From a virus (Duplodnaviria; Caudoviricetes), in the IMG/VR virus record IMGVR_UViG_3300046820_000403, positions 1-55,042 of that record: 55,042 nucleotides of DNA, one strand, 5' to 3'. The notes under the pieces are model-generated. The model was given only the letters and a program-made list of their open reading frames with translations. It had not been told where the DNA came from and did not search any database. Position numbers and translations under genes: made by a program. Below are positions 9,692-18,758 of the stretch, in pieces. How positions within the stretch are numbered: the first letter of the stretch is position 1; the number at the start of each line of letters is the position of its first letter.

Positions 9692-9697
9692 ATACCT

Positions 9698-9994
9698 ATG
9701 GCATCGTTTCAAGACTTTAAAGACAAGGCACTAACTGGCGTGGTAGCATTTGCATTTGGTATGATGTGGTATGATATAAGAGAAATGAAAAACGATCTAA
9801 AGACATTGATCTCACAGACAAGCGAGAGCAGAACAAAGATAGAAGCTTTGGAACGTCAAGTGTATAAAGCCTCTGTAGGATTACATGCACCAGTTCCTCC
9901 ATATAAACTACCTCTACAAGTAGACATGCGTGAAGTGGTAGCTATTGTTAATGAGAATGACCTAACCCCTAAAGAATATGAAACATTTAATTGA
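9698..9994 (+). CDS. Single-TM coiled-coil protein (holin/antiholin-like candidate)
   Basis: One hydrophobic segment then a coiled coil; first gene before the endolysin. Confidence 0.55.
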   Translation: MASFQDFKDKALTGVVAFAFGMMWYDIREMKNDLKTLISQTSESRTKIEALERQVYKASVGLHAPVPPYKLPLQVDMREVVAIVNENDLTPKEYETFN

Positions 9995-10280
9995 GCCTCC
10001 TAAAGAGAACTTCTTTAGTATATTCAAAGATGATAACGATTGGAATGAGAAGTCCATCATTGGATTTATTGCACTTGTTGTTATGTGTATTGTAGTGGCT
10101 GTAGATTTAATTACAGGATACCAAGGTAAAGAGTTAGTGATTAATGATTATGTATTCAATGCGTTTACAATTATTGTACTAGGATGCTTTGGTATTTCTG
10201 GTGCAGAGAACATCATGGGCAAGAAGACTAAAAGTAATGATGGCCTGAATGAGAAACCACTTCCAGAAGATGAAGGATAA
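9978..10280 (+). CDS. Two-TM membrane protein, putative holin
   Basis: Two TM helices, charged C-terminus, lysis-cassette context. Confidence 0.55.
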   Translation: MKHLIEPPKENFFSIFKDDNDWNEKSIIGFIALVVMCIVVAVDLITGYQGKELVINDYVFNAFTIIVLGCFGISGAENIMGKKTKSNDGLNEKPLPEDEG

Positions 10281-10890
10281 AATAACAGGATTGATTATTG
10301 TTGGACTTGTAGGCTTTATATTTTTTAATAGAGGTTGCGAGAAAGGATCACAAGCTAAAGGACCTGATACATTAGTTGTACACGATACTACTTGGCAGAT
10401 ACATGATAAGACAATCGTTAAAGAAGTACCTATTCTTAAAGAAATACCAGTACCACACGAAGTACTCATAAAGACGTACCAAGCTGATACTAATTATCCT
10501 GTACTGAAGAAACAATACGAAGAGCTTGCTAAGAAATATGCATCTCGTCGTATCTATAAAGATTCAGTGAAGGTGGGCACACATGGTTATATTGAAGTGG
10601 TAGATACAGTGAGTGAGAACAAGTTGGGCAAGCGCACTACCAAGGATAACTTCAAGATCCCTATTGTAAAGGAAACTATGACAATAACCAAATATGCAGA
10701 ACCAACAAGACAGCTCTATGTGGGCGGTGGTATTAACAACTCTTCCCTTACTAATTTTAGAAGTGTGGAGGCAGGTGTACTATACAAGACAAAGAAAGAT
10801 CAAATCTTTGGAGGAAAAGTAAATGTTAATGTGGATGGGTCTATCACCTACGGTGTACAGTCCTATTGGAAAATCAAAATGAAGAAGTAA
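10270..10890 (+). CDS. Membrane-anchored protein, spanin-like candidate
   Basis: N-terminal hydrophobic segment followed by RGC, VHDTTW/IVKEVP stalk, amphipathic beta-strand C-terminus. Confidence 0.5.
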   Translation: MKDKITGLIIVGLVGFIFFNRGCEKGSQAKGPDTLVVHDTTWQIHDKTIVKEVPILKEIPVPHEVLIKTYQADTNYPVLKKQYEELAKKYASRRIYKDSVKVGTHGYIEVVDTVSENKLGKRTTKDNFKIPIVKETMTITKYAEPTRQLYVGGGINNSSLTNFRSVEAGVLYKTKKDQIFGGKVNVNVDGSITYGVQSYWKIKMKK

Positions 10891-11018
10891 TGAAATTCTT
10901 AGACTTTTTAAAATCGTTATTGTGGACTCCTAAGTCTGTAGAGCAAGTGGTAGAACCAGAGTTGAAAGGTGAAGCTGTAGTGGTTAAGAAGAAAGCGCCT
11001 GCTAAAAAGAAGAAATAG
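10890..11018 (+). CDS. 42-aa Lys-rich hypothetical protein
   Basis: MKFLDFLKSLLW...KKKAPAKKKK; exactly fills the gap between coupled genes. Confidence 0.6.
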   Translation: MKFLDFLKSLLWTPKSVEQVVEPELKGEAVVVKKKAPAKKKK

Positions 11019-11903
11019 ATGTCAACATTGCGTAGAGGTGATGAAGGTCCGCTGGTAACCAAGCTCCAAGAGAAGCTAGGGGTGGATCCTATTGGTAAGT
11101 TTGGACCTAAGACAGAGACTGCTCTTAAAGAATGGCAAACTGCTAATGGTCTACAAGCTGACGGTATAGCTGGTCCTTTTACACTAGCTAAGCTAGGTAT
11201 TGAGGCTCTTCCTCAAGCTCCTGTAATAACACTTCCAAATATTACTTCATCTACACATACAGCTGTAGTACCAAACCCCGTAGCTGTTCCTGATAACTCA
11301 GGATTCAAACTAGATAAACTTAAAGGACATATTCCTGATGCAGTGATTGCACAGATACCTGATACAGCTGCAAGGTTTAACATCACTAATGCACTACGCC
11401 TGGCCCACTTCTTGTCACAATGTGGACATGAGAGTGGTAGCTGGAAAGCTGTACGTGAGAACTTAAACTATTCAGCTAAGGGACTGATGGGAATCTTCAA
11501 GAAGTATTTCCCTACAGCAACATTAGCTACAGCATATGAAAGACAACCTGAAAAAATTGCTAACCGTGTGTACGCTAGTCGTATGGGTAATGGCAACGAG
11601 AACTCTGGAGATGGATATAAGTTTAGAGGACGGGGATATATCCAACTAACAGGTAAAGAAAACTACACAAGATTTGACGCTACAGTTCCTGAAAGTATTG
11701 TGAACGATCCTGATCTTGTAGCTACAAAGTATCCACTAGCGTCTGCTGCATTCTTCTTTAATAGCAATAAGCTATGGGCTATATGTGACAAAGGTGCTAC
11801 GCCTGAAGTAGTGACAGCTGTAACCAAACGAGTTAATGGTGGAACCATTGGCTTAGCAGACCGTGTAAAACATTTTAATGAATATTATAAACTACTAGTA
11901 TAA
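11019..11903 (+). CDS. Modular endolysin: peptidoglycan-binding domain plus GH19
   Basis: LRRGDEGPLVTKLQ...DGIAGPFTL; AHFLSQCGHES, FRGRGYIQLTGKENY, TKRVNGGTIGLADR. Confidence 0.92.
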   Translation: MSTLRRGDEGPLVTKLQEKLGVDPIGKFGPKTETALKEWQTANGLQADGIAGPFTLAKLGIEALPQAPVITLPNITSSTHTAVVPNPVAVPDNSGFKLDKLKGHIPDAVIAQIPDTAARFNITNALRLAHFLSQCGHESGSWKAVRENLNYSAKGLMGIFKKYFPTATLATAYERQPEKIANRVYASRMGNGNENSGDGYKFRGRGYIQLTGKENYTRFDATVPESIVNDPDLVATKYPLASAAFFFNSNKLWAICDKGATPEVVTAVTKRVNGGTIGLADRVKHFNEYYKLLV

Positions 11904-12034
11904 TGGCAAAGGCAAAAGGCTCCGCAGAATCTAAGAAGATTGTATTTGGTGTAAGACGTAAAGGTAAGCATCAGAAATCATTTGGCCCCAAGGCTACACC
12001 AACTAAAAAGAAATACAGAGGACAGGGAAGGTAA
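11903..12034 (+). CDS. 43-aa basic phage protein ending KKYRGQGR
   Basis: MAKAKGSAESKK...KKKYRGQGR; TAATG-coupled to the endolysin. Confidence 0.7.
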   Translation: MAKAKGSAESKKIVFGVRRKGKHQKSFGPKATPTKKKYRGQGR

Positions 12035-12065
12035 ACATCTTCCCTTTTCTATAAACCAAACCACT

Positions 12066-12581
12066 ATGAAACTATTCAAAATCACCTATGCAATTGTCTC
12101 GATGATTGTAGGATCATCAATGATGATTCAAGCTGTATACATCTACAGACATTTCTTTCCTACAGAACCAATCACTGTAGCTTCTGTAGAGAACAAGATA
12201 GTGATAGGTCAATTAGCAGGCAGTCGTAATCTTGCATTTGGTGTGAAGAACATCACAGAAGAATTCTTGCAAGAGCAAGGATATGAAGTGACAGATGATT
12301 CACACAAGAAGATAAAGATAGAACTTCTATACCTAGATGTATTAAAGACACAAGCAAGCTTGTCTGTATTCCATCGTAACTCAGATGCTGTAGTGATACG
12401 CATGAGAGGACAGCTTATAGAAGATGATAAAGTTAAAAAGACTGCAGTGGTAGAAGAGTCTGCAAAAGAAGTATCAATGGCTACCGTGGTTATAGACCAG
12501 GGTGGTAAGTTTAATCAAACCAACCTTAGTACAGCTTTAAAAAAATCATGTAACACTCTAATAACTAAGCTCTTGAAATGA
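12066..12581 (+). CDS. CsgG-like fold protein, paralog of 15018..15740
   Basis: N-terminal hydrophobic segment; RNLAFGVKNITEEFLQE and KFNQTNLSTALKK align with the CsgG-like gene. Confidence 0.6.
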   Translation: MKLFKITYAIVSMIVGSSMMIQAVYIYRHFFPTEPITVASVENKIVIGQLAGSRNLAFGVKNITEEFLQEQGYEVTDDSHKKIKIELLYLDVLKTQASLSVFHRNSDAVVIRMRGQLIEDDKVKKTAVVEESAKEVSMATVVIDQGGKFNQTNLSTALKKSCNTLITKLLK

Positions 12582-14302
12582 AAAAACTACTGCTTCTAGT
12601 TCTAACCCTAATAACATTTAATACTCTTGCTCAGGACGTCAAGTTAAAACTTGGTTCTGATTCAACTAAAGTTGATATTAATGGTGGAGTGATTGATAAA
12701 GGAGATGACTTTATTGTTCCTGTACTATTAAACGGTAATGCAAACACGACAGCTCGTGCTTTGTATTTTGATTTCGAATTCAATAATGCCGCATTCACAT
12801 TCGTTAGTGTAAATCATACAGGAACAGGTGGTAATGGTGGTGTGCTTCCTCCAGGTGCATCTATTACGATGACTAACTATACGTATCCTGGATACTCATT
12901 TGCAACTAACGCAAACAACACAACTACAAATGGTAATGCTAACTACAATGCTGCAGCGTACAATTATACACAAGGTGGTCCTAAGACTATCATTCGTGTG
13001 TATTTAAACTGGGCAACTAATAGTCCTCTACCATATAACAACTATAGTACATTATTGAATCTACGATTCACATTGAAGGCTAATGCTGTAGGAGATTCTT
13101 GGGATCCAATCAAGATGAACTTTGCCGCTGTGTTCAATGCAAACGGTGGTAGTGGATCTACACTAATGGAGATTCCTCTCACAACAGTGATTACACAGAA
13201 CCCTGATGCTAAGAAGTATGTAAAGGCTAATGTAGACCTAGGTGCTAACATTAATCCTGCTTACATGAAGGTAGCATTCCTTAAGCAAGATAATACAGGA
13301 CCATTGTTTAATGTTACATCTACAGGTGCTGTAAACATTGTTGACTCTTTACTTACAGCTAATACACAGTATAGGATAATGGCAATGTATAACATGGATC
13401 AGTTATACAACTTATATAATGCTGCTGTCACGGTCTCTGACTATACATCTGCACAGGCAGAGTTTATATCTCAGAACCTAGATGGTACATTTAAGAACAC
13501 AACAATTGTTACTGGTGCAGGATATAAAGCAGCTGATGTCAATCGTAATGATAAACTAGATGGTGGTGACCTTGTTAAACTATTTGCTCAGGCAGTGAAT
13601 GTTAATCAACTAGTAGTGCTACCTACAGGATACACAGTTGGATCTAATGGACATATGAGTTTGATGACATTTAAAGGAGCTACATTTGATGCTGCTACTC
13701 CTGCTGATTGGGCTACGTTGTTCCCAGGTAATACACAGCCTGTTTATACATTCACTACGCCACCTACGCCAGGTACGCCATCTACTATTACTATCAAGTA
13801 TTTAATTGATGGAGACATTAATCGTTCTATGTCATCTAACGTTGTACGAAGTGGTAGTGTTGTAGCAAATAGAACATTGGCTAAGAACAATGTAACAGTT
13901 AACTTAAAGAACACTGTAGTTACATCTAACAAGGTGGACATCCCCGTAGCTATTAATACTAATGGAGAGAATGTATCTGGACTACAGTTCCAGTTTGAAT
14001 ATGATAAGACAAAGATTAAGTTTGAGGAGTTAGTTAATGAGATGCCTAATACATGGTATGTGTTTGCTAACAATGCAGACGGTATAATTAAGTTTGGCGC
14101 AGTGGATAAGGATCTGAAGACTCCTATATCAGGACAATCAATTCCTTTCAAAGTGAGATTCTCCACTCTACAGAATGGATTGGACATCAACACTTACATC
14201 AAGGTGAGCCCTATTATGGACGCAGCTTCTAAAGATGGTTCACAGTTGGGGATTGACTTGAGTACAGATGTAATCAAGCTTACAGGATACAATAACTTTT
14301 AA
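12578..14302 (+). CDS. Secreted cohesin-dockerin-cohesin protein
   Basis: SpI signal; cohesin-like GDDFIVPV...YFDFEFN and VDIPVAIN...SGLQFQFEYD; dockerin-like AADVNRNDKLDGGD and DGDINRS. Confidence 0.7.
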   Translation: MKKLLLLVLTLITFNTLAQDVKLKLGSDSTKVDINGGVIDKGDDFIVPVLLNGNANTTARALYFDFEFNNAAFTFVSVNHTGTGGNGGVLPPGASITMTNYTYPGYSFATNANNTTTNGNANYNAAAYNYTQGGPKTIIRVYLNWATNSPLPYNNYSTLLNLRFTLKANAVGDSWDPIKMNFAAVFNANGGSGSTLMEIPLTTVITQNPDAKKYVKANVDLGANINPAYMKVAFLKQDNTGPLFNVTSTGAVNIVDSLLTANTQYRIMAMYNMDQLYNLYNAAVTVSDYTSAQAEFISQNLDGTFKNTTIVTGAGYKAADVNRNDKLDGGDLVKLFAQAVNVNQLVVLPTGYTVGSNGHMSLMTFKGATFDAATPADWATLFPGNTQPVYTFTTPPTPGTPSTITIKYLIDGDINRSMSSNVVRSGSVVANRTLAKNNVTVNLKNTVVTSNKVDIPVAINTNGENVSGLQFQFEYDKTKIKFEELVNEMPNTWYVFANNADGIIKFGAVDKDLKTPISGQSIPFKVRFSTLQNGLDINTYIKVSPIMDAASKDGSQLGIDLSTDVIKLTGYNNF

Positions 14303-14315
14303 CCTAGTTCTTATA

Positions 14316-14672
14316 ATGAAAAAATTAATCATATTTGCATCTTTATTTCTTACAGCATGTGCTGACGTAGAGTTACCTGCCCCAGAGATAAACTTAGGTG
14401 TTGCACCTACAAACAAAACAGATATCCTTAGTGTAGTTACACAAGGAACAAAAGCTACAGTGATGTACAATGTTACTGTAGGCGCTAAGTATTCTGTACA
14501 AGTGTATGAGTTTGGTAAGACAGATCCTACTAAAACTCTACCACTAACTGCAGAAGAAACCATCACCACTAAGGTGTATGAGTTTACAGATTTACAAGAT
14601 GGTATATATGACATCATCCTTACAGATGTATCAGGTGTATCAGTTAAGAAACCTTTAGTAATTAAACGTTAA
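14316..14672 (+). CDS. Lipoprotein with a T9SS C-terminal-domain-like fold
   Basis: Lipobox LTAC; C-terminus DLQDGIYDIILTDVSGVSVKKPLVIKR. Confidence 0.6.
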   Translation: MKKLIIFASLFLTACADVELPAPEINLGVAPTNKTDILSVVTQGTKATVMYNVTVGAKYSVQVYEFGKTDPTKTLPLTAEETITTKVYEFTDLQDGIYDIILTDVSGVSVKKPLVIKR

Positions 14673-14677
14673 ATAAT

Positions 14678-14989
14678 ATGTCAGAAGAATCAAATGATGG
14701 TACTTGGTCAGGATTGGTCAAGACTATAGTCGGAACAGTAGGAACTATTGTAACAGCTGGTGGTGCATATCTAGGCTCACAGATGTTTGGTGGTGGAGAT
14801 GAGAAGGCTGAGACTGCACAACCTGCAGCTGTAACAGCTCCTGCTCCAGTGATTAACATCACTACTAACAATCAACAAAATGCTAACTCTGCTGGTGGTA
14901 AGACTGTTATTATCAAGGAGAAAGCTGCTCCTGTTAAGCCTAAGGCTAAGACAGCTAAAGAGGAACTTGAAGAAGCTCCTAAGTGGTAA
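14678..14989 (+). CDS. Single-TM membrane protein
   Basis: Gly-rich TM KTIVGTVGTIVTAGGAYLG followed by a low-complexity tail. Confidence 0.7.
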   Translation: MSEESNDGTWSGLVKTIVGTVGTIVTAGGAYLGSQMFGGGDEKAETAQPAAVTAPAPVINITTNNQQNANSAGGKTVIIKEKAAPVKPKAKTAKEELEEAPKW

Positions 14990-15017
14990 CCAAACCCCCT
15001 TTTAATGAGAAAACTAT

Positions 15018-15740
15018 ATGAAGAGATTAAGCTTATTATTCAGTTTATTGTTGAGTGTGTTACTAACGTACAACAGTAGTGCACAGATTGCTACAACTAA
15101 GACAGAAGCTTACACAGCTTCATTTGAAAAGAAGATTAACATAGACTCATTGATGGACTATGATGGTCCTAAGATACCTATACAATTGTTGTCACTAGGT
15201 ATTAATGAAGAAGTGTATGCTTCCTATCCAGAGCTCAAGGATAAACGAGTGGGACTAGGTGTCACGAATATAGTTGTAGAATACTTAGAAGAGACCAATA
15301 GGTTCACCTTCACTGAAGATAAGGCTGAGATAAAGAACAGGATGGTAAAACAATTCCAAGCGTCTCAGTCTGGTATTACACAAGATAAGCTTGATGGTAG
15401 AGGGAAAATAAGATTGGCCCACTACTTTGTGTATATTGAGGTATATGATTTTTCTGTTTCTGAAGACGAATCTGTATCTTTAAAAGATGGTGTTAAACAA
15501 ACTGTAGTTACGAGACTGGGGCTACAGGTAAAATTTGTTAACGCTGAGACTGGTGAATACTTCACTGGTTCTGGTCTAGGTGAAGCTAAGACTACTAGAG
15601 AAGCCACCATGATGAATGATGGTAACTTTGCTGAGGTTAAGTTTAACCAAAGCACAATTGGAACCACTACAAAGAAAGCTCTTGAAACAGCTAGTAGTAA
15701 AATCATTGTGCGCATGATTAAAAAGAAACTGTTTAAATAA
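15018..15740 (+). CDS. CsgG/HfaB-family-like secreted protein
   Basis: Signal peptide; LEETNRFTFTE, AHYFVYIEVYDF, LQVKFVNAETGE, KFNQSTIGTTTKKA. Confidence 0.7.
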   Translation: MKRLSLLFSLLLSVLLTYNSSAQIATTKTEAYTASFEKKINIDSLMDYDGPKIPIQLLSLGINEEVYASYPELKDKRVGLGVTNIVVEYLEETNRFTFTEDKAEIKNRMVKQFQASQSGITQDKLDGRGKIRLAHYFVYIEVYDFSVSEDESVSLKDGVKQTVVTRLGLQVKFVNAETGEYFTGSGLGEAKTTREATMMNDGNFAEVKFNQSTIGTTTKKALETASSKIIVRMIKKKLFK

Positions 15741-15748
15741 AACCAATT

Positions 15749-16087
15749 ATGTTAGAGAAACTAATTATTGCAGGATCGATAGCACTAGCACTGTCAGTGT
15801 ACCCAGCTATCAAGATTTATAAAGGAGCATCTATTCCTATGTATCAAACAAAGATTACAAAGTTTGAACGTAAGATTCAGGAGATCAAGATTCTTGAACA
15901 AGACCCAGCTACACGCTATGTAAAGATTACACGTCTAGAAGGTAAGATTGTTAAACTACGTGAGAAGATTGTAGAGCGTGATAGAGTACAAAGGTTACGT
16001 GCTAAGTGGGATTATCAAGATGAGATATTGAGACTTAAGCGTAAACATGTAGTTATAGATAGTACAATAAAGATTGAACTTAAATAA
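15749..16087 (+). CDS. Membrane-anchored coiled-coil hypothetical protein
   Basis: N-terminal hydrophobic segment, basic coiled coil. Confidence 0.65.
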   Translation: MLEKLIIAGSIALALSVYPAIKIYKGASIPMYQTKITKFERKIQEIKILEQDPATRYVKITRLEGKIVKLREKIVERDRVQRLRAKWDYQDEILRLKRKHVVIDSTIKIELK

Positions 16088-17268
16088 TGAAAAAACTTTT
16101 GTTGATCCTGTTCCTGATTGGAACAAGTTTCCTTACAAAGGGACAGGTATTAACACAAGTGTATGTAGATCCCTGTTCAGGCAAGGTGCTTACAGTGACT
16201 GTTCCTTTAAACAATGGGACAGTTACAATCGTTTATAGAGGTATGTCAAAGGTTGTAACAGCTGATGACATAACCTCAGGAGCTTTGACAGCTTGGATAA
16301 CAATGGTGAACACTACACCATGTCCTGCAGCACAACAAGCTACAACATTAGTGGTGACACAAGCTGTAGCACAAGCCACTCAAGCTGCTACACAAGCCGC
16401 TACACAGGCTGCAACAGCAGCGGCCACTCAAGCAGCTACTTCTGCAGCAACTTCGAGTGCTACATCAAGTGCTACAGCAGCAGCAACCACTGCAGCTAGT
16501 TCAGCAGTGAGTACACCTGCGCCAGCTCCAACATCTTCATCATCAACTTCCTCAGGCGGTGGTGGAGAAACTAAATCAGAAACCAAAACAGAAACCAATG
16601 AGTCTAAATCCGACAGTAAAGAGGAAACTAAGAGTGAATCCAAATCAGAGAAAAAGAGTGAAGAGAAAAAAAGTAGTTCTAATAAGGCTGCTGCGAGACT
16701 TAACCCCATTATTTATAGTAGTGATCTTACTCTTGCTGGCGCAGACATTAGTGGCATCTCTGCTATCATATCGTTAGGTATGTCTCAGAGTTCTCTTATG
16801 GGGAACGTGAGTTGGGGAGTTACATCTATGATATGGAGTACGTTTAATCAGTTTGCCCTATCTGCTAGGTATACTAAGATGGGTAAGAGTATAATGAACT
16901 TTGGCCTAACAGGTGTTTACTTACAAGGTACATATGTAGAGTTTGCTACAGCTGCTGTTATAAGACCCTTAGGTAAATATGGAGTGACAGGTTTCAACTA
17001 CGCATTGACATACACTGACCAGCTTGGTCATGGACTTATGACGTTCTATACAAAGCCCATCACCTTTAGTAAACGTCTCACTATATCACCAGACATATAC
17101 CTATCAAACTCTCTTACAAAGGATATAGGAGTGTTAACAGGAGCTAGCTTTGATATAGCTCTTACTAAAAGGTTCAAGTTTAACTTTGGACTAAAGACAG
17201 GATTCAACACAAATCCTGACGTTCCAATGATGTACATGTCTATGATAGGTACAAAGATCAATCTCTAA
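16087..17268 (+). CDS. Secreted protein with an Ala/Thr/Ser stalk and a putative C-terminal beta-barrel
   Basis: Signal peptide, QAAT repeats, Ser/Glu/Lys linker, alternating hydrophobic strands ending MIGTKINL. Confidence 0.65.
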   Translation: MKKLLLILFLIGTSFLTKGQVLTQVYVDPCSGKVLTVTVPLNNGTVTIVYRGMSKVVTADDITSGALTAWITMVNTTPCPAAQQATTLVVTQAVAQATQAATQAATQAATAAATQAATSAATSSATSSATAAATTAASSAVSTPAPAPTSSSSTSSGGGGETKSETKTETNESKSDSKEETKSESKSEKKSEEKKSSSNKAAARLNPIIYSSDLTLAGADISGISAIISLGMSQSSLMGNVSWGVTSMIWSTFNQFALSARYTKMGKSIMNFGLTGVYLQGTYVEFATAAVIRPLGKYGVTGFNYALTYTDQLGHGLMTFYTKPITFSKRLTISPDIYLSNSLTKDIGVLTGASFDIALTKRFKFNFGLKTGFNTNPDVPMMYMSMIGTKINL

Positions 17269-17373
17269 TCAAATTAGTTAGAGATGGTGTAATAGAAATG
17301 ATTAATCTAAATTTTAGCAATAGTAACAATCTTTGTTAAAACAATAATATATTTGTTAATTAATGCATACACT

Positions 17374-18558
17374 ATGCCTACATTCATAAAAGCTGGCTTC
17401 TGGGAAGAAACATGTAAGACATGTAAAGGGTACAACGGATGGTTGAACCTTGATCAATTCATGGGAGGCACTGGCACTAGTGGCACTTCAGGTATCACAG
17501 GTACAGCAGGTACTAGTGGTGGATCAGGAACTGCAGGTTCGTCTGGTACCACAGGATTAAGTGGTAGCTCAGGATCCTCAGGACGTAGTGGCACGTCTGG
17601 ATTGTCTGGAGATAGATACTTCAGTACGTTATCTACATCATTTACATTAGGAACAACTACATCATTAACTATTGGAACAGGACTAGCTTATAGCCCTGCT
17701 CAAGATGTTATCATCTCTTACGATGTTAATAATCATGAGATATGTACAGTGGTTAGTTATAACCCTGCCACGGGTGCCATGGTTATTGGACCTCCAATCA
17801 CTGTTGTTGGTTCAGGTACATACACTGGTATGACTATTAACCTTAACGGTGCGGCTGGTGGAGATGGTAGTTCTGGTACCTCAGGTTCCGCAGGAACTAG
17901 TGGAGCTGGCACAGCAGGAACTTCAGGTGCAGCTGGTACTTCTGGCTCAGCTGGAACCTCAGGAGCTAATGGCTCTTCAGGGATTTCTGGAACCTCAGGT
18001 GTATCAGGTTCATCAGGAACTAGTCCTATCCTTCCTTTACCTGTAGTGTATGGACTATATGCTCAAACAGCTAATAGTGCCACCGTTACTAATACTACTG
18101 CAGAAACAACTATAATTGGTACTGGCGTAGGTTCATTAAGTGTACCTGCTAATGGGTTTGCTGTTGGTGATTCTTTTAGAGGAATTCTAGGAGGTATTAT
18201 AAATGCTGGAAATAATCAAACTATAAGAATTAGACTTAGAACAGGGTCTGTTCTTCTTTTAGATAGTGGTTTACAAAATCTTGGAAGTGCTGTTACAGAT
18301 GATGTATGGTCTTTGAATGTTGATTTTACAGTTAGACAAATTGGAACTGCTGGTGTAGCATCTATTGTATCATTAGGATCATTTCATTACACAAAAACTA
18401 ACAACGCTTCTGTTCAAGGATTTGGATTTAATGTAGTAAACAATACAACGTTTAACACTACAGTGAGTAACACATTAGATGTAACAGTTGAATGGGGAGC
18501 TGCTAGTACAGAAAACAATATTTACAGCGACACATTTGTATTGAATAAGATATATTAA
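17374..18558 (+). CDS. Collagen-like (G-T-S / G-S-S repeat) fibre protein
   Basis: Two blocks of GTS/GSS/GTA triplets flanking globular beta-rich domains. Confidence 0.7.
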   Translation: MPTFIKAGFWEETCKTCKGYNGWLNLDQFMGGTGTSGTSGITGTAGTSGGSGTAGSSGTTGLSGSSGSSGRSGTSGLSGDRYFSTLSTSFTLGTTTSLTIGTGLAYSPAQDVIISYDVNNHEICTVVSYNPATGAMVIGPPITVVGSGTYTGMTINLNGAAGGDGSSGTSGSAGTSGAGTAGTSGAAGTSGSAGTSGANGSSGISGTSGVSGSSGTSPILPLPVVYGLYAQTANSATVTNTTAETTIIGTGVGSLSVPANGFAVGDSFRGILGGIINAGNNQTIRIRLRTGSVLLLDSGLQNLGSAVTDDVWSLNVDFTVRQIGTAGVASIVSLGSFHYTKTNNASVQGFGFNVVNNTTFNTTVSNTLDVTVEWGAASTENNIYSDTFVLNKIY

Positions 18559-18570
18559 AATAATAATAAC

Positions 18571-18723
18571 ATGGCAATACCAGCAAAACCCATTAGTCAA
18601 GATCCACAATCCCAATTGCTTTGGAACATCTCAAAGCAAATGGAGCAATTGATTGGACAGGTAGGAGCGTTAGTACAACTATCAACTCCTACCACTACAA
18701 CAACAACAACTGCTGCTCCTTAG
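18571..18723 (+). CDS. 50-aa protein with a poly-Thr tail
   Basis: MAIPAKPISQDPQSQLLWNISKQMEQL...STPTTTTTTTAAP*; below the ORF-track cut-off. Confidence 0.7.
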   Translation: MAIPAKPISQDPQSQLLWNISKQMEQLIGQVGALVQLSTPTTTTTTTAAP

Positions 18724-18758
18724 TAAAAGCTTGAATTAAAACCAACAACTAACTACAT

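Noticed and set aside
12066-17268. Complete curli operon
   Set aside because: No curlin repeats and no recognisable CsgE or CsgF; only CsgG-like proteins
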